This document shows positions 55,746 to 64,000 of a DNA stretch of 64,000 nt, in pieces; position 1 is the stretch's first letter; every line of letters starts with the position of its first letter. The position numbers and the translations under genes were made by a program. Below the pieces are notes generated by a model. That model did no database searches, was not told the origin of the DNA, and saw only the letters and a program-made list of their open reading frames with translations. The DNA comes from Octopus sinensis (Eukaryota), in assembly GCF_006345805.1 (NCBI RefSeq), contig NC_042997.1, positions 131,006,001-131,070,000 of the forward strand, in the 5' to 3' direction.

Positions 55746-56619
55746 AATACATGTGTATATGTCTATAATATTCTCTCATTCTTTCCTTCTCTCTCTTTCT
55801 CTGTATATATATATATGTGTGTTTGAGTGTAGTAGAAAAAGAATGAAGAAACAATTAGTGTCTGTATCATACACACGCACACAACACATACACACACACG
55901 CACGTACACATGTACACACACACACACACGCATACACATGCCAAACGTTCGCTTCGCATCCACGAAGCCCCGGTTCAAGCCAACTGTGTGGCGTCTTGGA
56001 TATATGTAATTTTCTACAGCCCCGAGTCAACTCATGCCTTGGCAGTGAAATTAGACGGGACACAAATTATATAAAATCCCGTATTTTAAAAGGTACAGCG
56101 TTGTCACAAATTGTTACGCTGATTCTACCTGAGAATCGTATTAAATGTACGTTTGTAAAATGCTCAGCTGCTTACTTGCTAATTCAATAAACAGGTTATT
56201 AGTAGATCAGACAATTGCATTCTCAAAACTTACGAACCTTGTGTTTAGCCGTAAGGATTCTATTTGTATCTGTATATACTACCTACTATATACTCTTCTA
56301 TGTATTTTTGTATTGGCCTGTAATGTCCCCTTCTGTGTATGATTTTTATGACCATAGTAAAGAATATACTACCTGCGTCGTTTGTTTGTCTTCTTCCGTT
56401 ATGTTCCACTCACTTATTCCTAACAGCTTTTTTGCCGTTGACGCCACCAAAATGAACAATCTTATCGTTAAAGGCTCGATATTGTTACGGTTTTGGGACA
56501 ATAACTGATTAGGGAAGAGTACGTCCAGGTTATGTGCATGAATTTTCCGTGGGTTCTTTTGTCATACTGTGCAATTTTTAAAATACATACACCACACCGA
56601 ACTAATACACATATACATG

Positions 56620-56670
56620 TATACATGCATGCACATATACATACATACATACATACATACATACATACAT

Positions 56671-56762
<92 letters not shown>
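56620..56762. repeat. (TACA)n(CA)n(TA)n microsatellite
   Basis: Directly visible. Confidence 0.95.
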
Positions 56763-56764
<2 letters not shown>

Positions 56765-56788
56765 CGTGTGTATGATACAGATACCAAA

Positions 56789-57169
56789 GGCGTAGGAGTG
56801 GCTGTGTGGTAAGTAGCTTACTTACGAACCACATGGTTCCGGGTTCAGTCCCACTGCGTGGCACCTTGGGCAGGTGTCTTCTACTGAAGCCTCGGGCCGA
56901 CCAAAGCCTTGTGATTGGATTCGGTAGACGGAAACTGAAAGAAGCCCATCGTATATATGTATGTGTGTGTATATGTTTGTGTGTCTGTGTTTATCCCACC
57001 AACATCGCTTGACAACCGATGCTGGTGTGTTTACGTCCCCGTCACTCAGCGGTTCAGCAAAAGAGCCTAATAGAATAAGTACTAGGCTGGAGTCGATTTG
57101 CTAAACTAAAGGCGATGCTCCAGCATGGCCACAGTCAAATGACTGAAACAAGTAAAAGAGTAAAGAGTA
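56789..57169 (+). mobile_element. SINE family B, full length, CpG-intact
   Basis: tRNA-like head GGCGTAGGAGTGGCTGTGTGGTAAG..GGTTCAGTCCC, central (TG)n, GTAAAAGA tail. Confidence 0.9.
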
Positions 57170-57273
57170 ATATATATACACGTGCGTGAGTCATCTATGA
57201 GATCATAAGTCAGGGGAAAGATGCACTCATATATCTGTCAGTAGGGTGGGTATAGTGTCCGAAATATACAGTA

Positions 57274-57380
57274 TTATATCACGGCTGATCTTACCCATCG
57301 GTTTCGCGTAAAGAATACAATGGAGTATTAGATAACAGTACAATTACATAACTTTACGCTCATCAGAGTTAGCTGATATG
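57274..57380 (-). ncRNA. Type I hammerhead ribozyme motif with an intact core
   Basis: CUGAUGA (57366-57360), stem II GCGUAAAG/CUUUACGC, GAAA (57305-57302), stem III ACC-GAUG-GGU, cleavage triplet GUA (57294-57292), bulged stem I. Confidence 0.75.
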
Positions 57381-57408
57381 GAAAGGAATAGGTTGTCATA
57401 TTCCCTTC

Positions 57409-57515
57409 AATATCGGCTAACTCTGATGAGCGTAGAGTTATATAATCGGAGTGTTACTTAAGATTCTATTGTATTCTTTACACAAAACCGATTGGTAAGA
57501 TCAGCCGTGATGGAT
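57409..57515 (+). ncRNA. Second, inverted hammerhead copy with a mutated core (GAAA>AAAA)
   Basis: CUGAUGA at 57423-57429. CGCGAAA of the other copy reads CACAAAA here. Stem III ACC-GAUU-GGU and GUA are retained. Confidence 0.65.
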
Positions 57516-57629
57516 ATTTAATACTATACACTTCGGATAATATACCAGCATGGAAAACGGACGTTAAATGATGATGATGACGACGTTAAACGATGATGAT
57601 GATGATGATGATACACACATATGCGCGCG

Positions 57630-57672
<43 letters not shown>

Positions 57673-57779
57673 TTATACTGCGGCCGTCACTTAAAACCGA
57701 AGCTGACTTCGTTGTATGTTACATGCTTCTGCGAAACGCTTTAGGTCTCTGTGTTGTTGCGAGCAGACAAAAAAAGTTT

Positions 57780-57952
57780 CGGTCCTTCCACCGTTGACTT
57801 CGCGAAACATCCAACATGTTGCAGGCGGAGGGTGAGGTGTCTACACCAGTACTTGGCGGGTATTCACATCTGCTGAACACACAGGAGCCGAGAGAAACAA
57901 AGCACTTTGGTCAAGTGCAGAATGCACCACCAGCTCAGGATTCGAATTTAAC
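57780..57952 (-). mobile_element. Old tRNA-derived SINE, additional family
   Basis: The minus strand shows B-box-like TTCGAATCC followed by CTTGACCAAAGTGCTT. Confidence 0.45.
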
Positions 57953-58193
57953 ATACGCGCGCGCACACACACACATGCACGCGCACCCCACCCCATATAC
58001 ATAGGCGCACACGCACTACACACAGACGCACGAACACACACATGCACACGCACACACACACACGCATACACACACTCACAAAGGTAAAATAGCACAAATG
58101 AAACGGGAGAATAATAGTTTAATATGAGAGGTAACAATAGTACACATACATACATATTAATCTTCGTACGTTAAAACTGCCATTTTTCTAACT

Positions 58194-58297
<104 letters not shown>

Positions 58298-58728
58298 TTG
58301 TCTGTCTGTCTGTCTGCATACATATAAATACACACACACTCACACATATGTTTGTGTGTGTATGTGTGTATGTATGCATACATATCTGTATATACACACA
58401 TACACACACATGCTAAAGTTGCGTTTATATGTGTGTTCGGAAGTGATATTTATATCAATCACCCAGCATGCATGTATATAAATATGCATATATACACATG
58501 TGCTTATACATACGATGAATCAAACTCCAAAGAGACTGGTGTTGGCTTGCATCGTCCAGATTTGTATCATTCAGTGAAATCGACAAAAAGTATTGAGTGA
58601 CCTTGCTGTGGGAAGTGGAATATCTAACGCTTCGGACAGAGTCCTTCTTCAATGAAAAAGTAACAGGAGAAGAATTAAAGAGAAACAACAGAGTTGTACA
58701 TTCTCTCTCCGAATCATTGGATATTTCA

Positions 58729-59045
58729 TTCCTCACGGGAAGTTTACTAAATCTTTTTTGTCGATCATATATATCTGATTTAAAAATCCCGTTATGTCTG
58801 TTTGTGCGCTTATAACTCGAGTATTGTTCATACGATAGCGCTGAAATTTTAAACATGGATGCATGAGAGAGCGGGGCGTTCCGTAATCTAAAAAGATTTT
58901 CAAAATTATCAGTTTCAAAATGAGAATCGATAGTTTTGTAATCTTTTTGTCCTATTTCTTCCGCCATGTTGTTCATTAAAAGCAACGCGTTGCTCAGATA
59001 GCCGGTATATACCATTTCGCATGGCAACAAGGGAAGTACAGGATG
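58729..59045 (+). mobile_element. Related Helentron-like element
   Basis: Shares AATCCCGTT..GCTTATAACTCG..GCTGAAATTTTAAACAT..AAAAGATTTTCAAAATT with the 60412 copy; contains palindrome GCAACGCGTTGC. Confidence 0.4.
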
Positions 59046-59211
59046 ATAGTCAGTCAAAACCATCGCCATGCTGTATCTCTTCTTTCCTCTCTCTGTCTCT
59101 CTGTCTCTCTTTCTCTGTCCCACTCTCTCTATATGTAGAGGGCTCAATACAATTATCTAACTTAAAGCAACGGTCGTCAAATGCAAAAAGCCAAAGAACT
59201 GTTAAAACATA

Positions 59212-59413
59212 TATACATACATAAGACAGTAGGGTGTTTTGAGGGAGATTTGGTTGCTATTTCTACCAGGTCTAGCTATTATGTTGAGGTCTCCCTCATT
59301 GGCTCATACATACATATATACATACATAAGACAGTAAGGTGTGATTTGAGGGAGATTTGGCTGTTATTTCTACCAGGTCTTACAACCATGTACAGGTCTC
59401 CCTCCTTGGCTCA
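59212..59413 (+). repeat. Tandem duplication (~106-bp unit x2) of a dispersed repeat fragment (GATTTGAGGGAGATTTGG family)
   Basis: Two adjacent diverged copies; related fragments near 48600, 48920 and 52100. Confidence 0.75.
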
Positions 59414-59423
59414 TCTAATATAT

Positions 59424-60407
59424 TGATATGGGGGTCAATTCGGGGACAGTGCTTGCGATCTACTTTTTGTGAGCTGGCGTCAAGCAGACAAGTAAATCTT
59501 TTGTTCCGTCAGATTCTGGAAAGATTGACGAGTTTCGAAGAGACCTCTGTCCTTTTCCGGTCAAAGAAGGGTCGAGGAAGCTACCCTTTAAAAAGCGGGA
59601 GCTGTGAGTCTGTTGGTCAGTCGGGAACAGAGCGAGCTCGAGTGAAGGTCGATGCAGAGATGACAAGCGTGGCGAGAAGGACAGACAGACAGTGAGAGGA
59701 TGACAAGCGACTGCGTAGAGGAGGACAGGCAGATAGGATTAAGGAGCTAAGAAGGAGCTGTGGGAGATTACGGCGTGAAGGCACTGGCTATTTGTAGTAG
59801 GAGCTCGTAACGGTATGTTTGTTTATGTTTTGATGTGTTAAAGAAGGAAAAAGAATTGATGTGAAAAAAGAGAAAGAACATTGTGTTAAGGAAGAAAAGA
59901 AATGAGATTATAAAGAACATTGTGAATTGTGTTACAGAGTTGTTGAAAAAGAAAGAGAAAGACTTTAATGTAGAACATTGAACTCTGAACTATATTGGAT
60001 CGATTTGAACTGTTGTCTCCGGACTGAACTGTATCGTGAATTGAACTGATTTGTCTCTGAACAGTATACTGTATTTAAATGCTATGATTTGTTGTTTTCT
60101 TGCATGTATTTTCTTTAATGTATCTCTGATATGTATCACATTGTATTTGATGTCGTAATTGTCATAAACTGTTGTTAAACGTAAGCCAAATTGCCTTCCG
60201 CCGTGTCTCTCTGTATCTCTTCCTGCTGTTGTTGTTGTTGTTATCTCCGGTCGCCGGTTGCCGAGTTCGCTGCCACCTTCCCCCCCCCCCGAATTCTCTC
60301 TTTCCGTGGCGAATTCACCGATCGATCGAGCCGGTCAATCGTCGTCGCTCGACTTGGTAGGGTCCCGGGTTTCCGAAGAGTTTGAGCGACGGCAGGTATT
60401 CGTAACA
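59424..60407 (+). mobile_element. Solo LTR (984 bp), Gypsy-like
   Basis: TG...CA termini (TGATATG/CGTAACA imperfect IR), 4-bp TSD ATAT on both sides, TATA-like TTTAAAA near 59586, no internal coding region. Confidence 0.7.
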
Positions 60408-60411
60408 ATAT

Positions 60412-60655
60412 AAATCCCGTTCTGTCTGTCTGTTTTTTGTACGCTTATAACTCGAATATTCTTCATCCTATCACGCTGAAATTTTAAACATTTTAAACAA
60501 AAGATTTTCAAAATTGTCAGTTCCAAAGTGAAAATAGCTATTTTTGTAATCCTTATGGCCTGTCCATCGGATAATTAAAACTTCTATAGCACCGTCCAAA
60601 TTAACCCTCTTCAGCTATACAAACCGTCCAATGGACGGGGAACATTTGCTCGTAT
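60412..60655 (+). mobile_element. Helentron/DINE-1-like non-autonomous element
   Basis: 5' AATCCCGT, (TCTG)n, 3' palindrome CCGTCC-AAT-GGACGG. Homologous to 58780-58950. Confidence 0.4.
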
Positions 60656-61918
60656 ATATATATGTGTATGTGTGTATGTGTGCTTATATACACACACACG
60701 TGCGCGCGCAGTGTCTATCATATGGATCGGTCAAGTCATCACTTGCGCTGATTCAGACTTCATGGAGTTTAAAATTTTAGTAAGCACCCCGAGAACAAAC
60801 CGAGAAAAGAGATTTTATAACATCACAAAAGACAATTAAATAGATAATCTAACTCAGGGCAGAAGTAAACAGTATTCTGCAACTGGGGATGAATAGCCTG
60901 TAGTTTAAAAGGAACCGAATTACTAATCAAATATTGAAAAGTAATGCCCTAAAACTGCAAACTGTTGAAGTTCTCTTTGGTAGAAGGTGCAACAGTAGCT
61001 TAGCTAGGGATTAGGATAACCAGTCCACCCCCGGGTGATACTTTTATGGGGCAGCACATTTGGTGCTACAGTTACTGTATAAGTCTGTATAGGCCCCGCG
61101 GTGGGGTTTGTGTTAAGGCAAACTCAAGAGCTGCTCCTGATGGAACCGCATGTAGCTACGCCTCTTGGACCCAAGTGTGATCTCACCTATGCAGTTTGTG
61201 GTGGCATTACTCCTTCAAATACATGTCTTGTCATCTACAAAAGGCTATATTGCAGAAGACTAACATGGGCTGCATAAGCTCCAGCTCAGCACTGTTATCA
61301 CTCATGTCTAAAGGTGTATTCCTTCATCTATTTCCGGGTTCAAAAACCCTTTTTAGATAAATGCATCAAGGTTGGAGCCGCTATTGATTCTTCACAAAGT
61401 TCTCTACTATATTTATCATTACAAAACAAAAGAAAGAAAAAAAGAAAAGAAAATTAAACGGAGTCAGAGCTAGGTAGGGTCAAAGGGCTTGTGACAAAGC
61501 TAATAGACCGTTTATTATTTAATCAGTATATATGTCTATAATAAAGGGTGCGCCCGAAATTGAGTTGATGGCCATCACACATACACACATATATACATGA
61601 TATATATATCCGTATGCATACACATACATACATACATATATATATATATGTATTTACACACATAAACACGCGCACGCGTGTATGTTTGCACGCACTTGAT
61701 TAGAGTAAAACCAAGCCAACTTTTCCTTGTAAATCCGTTAAATTACAGCGCGAAGATTGCCTCATGTTCATAAATATTACAACGCCCTTTGTCAGCATTT
61801 GAAAGATTAATGGGCGGCGAAATGATAGAGTCGTTAGAGAGTATCCGACAAAATGCCTTGCGGTATTTATTCCCGTTCCTTGCTTTCTGAGGTCACTTGA
61901 AAATTGAATTGTCGATGT

Positions 61919-62245
<327 letters not shown>

Positions 62246-63799
62246 CGCAGAGAATACGTATGATGTGTGTGTATACATATGTATGTAAATGTTTGCATCT
62301 CTTTTGTTTTTATCATTTCCGTATGAATTTTTTGAAGTTTGCTAGATACAGTACATCCATCATCATCGTTCCTAGTCCTTCATAAACGGATCTTCAGAAT
62401 GCTATGAACATCATTTACTTCACGCTAAGTAAATCAAAATAGTCAATTCTGCGGTTACTAACGTAAAAAAATAAGATTGTAATTATTCAAGAAATGAACT
62501 GACCAAAGAAAAAAAAAAGAACAACGAAGAAAAAAGGGACTAAATTAGGAATTCCATTGTAAAAGTCAAACCAGATTTACCTTTAACACTTTATAGACTG
62601 GCGTTTTGTGGTAATAGAGGAAATAATTCACAAATATTATCAAGTTTTGTGGAGTTTTATCGTATGAAAGTATTCATTTGAGCTCAATTTGCACTATTGA
62701 ATATATTTTATTGTTACTCTCAATTTTATGTTGAATAAAGCGCTCACATTATGTATCGTTCAATTCCACAATTTATTCAACATTAACATTGTTCTGTGAT
62801 GCTGGTCTTATTGTAAACGAAAGCAGACCACATTCATGGCAAATTGAAGAAGTTGTGGCTTCTCATAAATTATGTGTCAACAGAGGTTTACGAAACTTTC
62901 TCTGGAAGTACTTGTGAAGCGTAGAATTGAAACCTTACAGCTTTAGTAACTAGGAGCAGACTATACTTAGGCCAGGTGACGTACCTTGAATATCAACTGG
63001 TCGGCTTGCAGAGATATTGCCCCATATTATAGAATGTTCTATCTTTTTCCAGAGGTTTCCACGAAAATAGTGGTTATGTAAGCAACAACGCGGGCAAGTA
63101 CAGCAAAAGACAGGCACCGAGGCGGTTGAGGACGCTATGCACTTGCGCGTAGACACAGACAACAAGTCCTTAAGAGAACAAAGTTCTTTGGTTTCAGTTC
63201 AACCCTAGGTTAAAGCAATCGTCGGCAGAGTATTTTTCCCGCCTCTCACGCGAAGTCATTCATTTCTGTTATTAATGTAACTATTCTTTACTTCTGGCAC
63301 ACATACTTTATTAGACACCTGTTCAAATAGTTTAATTTGCATGTGCAATAAGTTACTGAATGGGTGAGAGGGTAGGGACTTGTTTTTCTAAAATGAAGTT
63401 GTTAATGGTTCAGTAAATACATACAACCCTGATCGGCGGGTAACATTCCTACATTTTTTTATACACTTGACGTATTCGCACGGTGTCAGTGTCGTTTACA
63501 TGACTGAATACTTGTGCATAGAAGGAAAAACTCATCAACGCCTTCGAAATAGCAAGTTACTATGTAACTATGTAAATATTGTGGTATGTTCCTTTAAAAA
63601 TAAATATTAATCAAACGACACTGGAGTTCGTTTTAATATAGGACAGCCTGAAAAGCATACAAATATCTCAATACATATTAAATTTTTGTTCAGATACACT
63701 TTATGATAATGCTATTTGTGTCTTGAAAATACATTGCATAAAACCCATTAATGAAGTTTTGAAAGTTATCGCCTGGTAGCCCCGTGGCAGCTTGTCAGA

Positions 63800-63912
63800 A
63801 AGTCTTTAGAAGAGTATTTGCAAGCTCAGTAGCTTTAGAAGAGTATTTGCAAACTCAGTAGCTTAGCCAGGAAGAACCCAGTAGCTTAGCTAGGAGCCCA
63901 GTAGCTTAGCTG
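63800..63912. repeat. 29-bp tandem duplication followed by a recurring CAGTAGCTTAGC motif
   Basis: CTTTAGAAGAGTATTTGCAA.CTCAGTAG x2, then CAGTAGCTTAGC x3. Confidence 0.85.
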
Positions 63913-64000
63913 GGGCGGTACTTTTAGATCTGCTGTATAAACTTGTACAGACGTTGGGGGCCCGGGGCGTGAGTAGCAAACTCAAGGACTATCCCAAGCG

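Larger units (their letters stand above)
57247..57548. mobile_element. Foldback element with ~140-bp imperfect inverted arms and a ~10-nt loop; Penelope-like or retrozyme-type origin inferred
   Basis: The arms align by eye along their whole length, and each arm is one HHR unit. Confidence 0.6.

Noticed and set aside
56789-56860. tRNA-like sequences at SINE heads
   Set aside because: A and B boxes are present but no complete cloverleaf, and they continue into SINE bodies. No true tRNA, rRNA or CRISPR array was seen.
63030-63245. Strong-looking plus-strand acceptor (TTCTATCTTTTTCCAG) and TTTCCCGC motif, suggesting a neighbouring gene
   Set aside because: No recognisable reading frame or partner exon in the window; cannot be supported.

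Overview
AT-rich animal genomic DNA. The SINE families, abundant (TA)n/(CA)n tracts and GAT-tailed repeats resemble those of octopus; this assignment is an inference from recalled repeat sequences. One protein-coding gene is well supported: a complete PPM1D/Wip1 (PP2C-delta) orthologue on the minus strand. It has 5 coding exons (53715-53400, 21004-20838, 14600-14420, 11192-10987, 9131-7686), all GT-AG and phase-compatible, giving a 2316-nt CDS and a 771-aa protein. Intron 1 is 32.4 kb. The rest is introns and flanks filled with at least four SINE families, two decayed RTE-type LINEs, piggyBac- and hAT-type MITEs, Helitron/Helentron-like elements, a solo LTR and microsatellites. The most notable unexplained signal is a set of hammerhead-ribozyme (HHR) motifs. 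The first is a ~300-bp foldback at 57247-57548 made of two head-to-head type I HHR copies: one has an intact core on the PPM1D strand, the other is broken by CpG-type changes. Two small inverted-repeat elements in (TA)n tracts of intron 1 carry a minimal HHR-like motif (25583-25620) and an apparent 3' half-HHR (25948-25959). All folding was done by eye and no database search was run.
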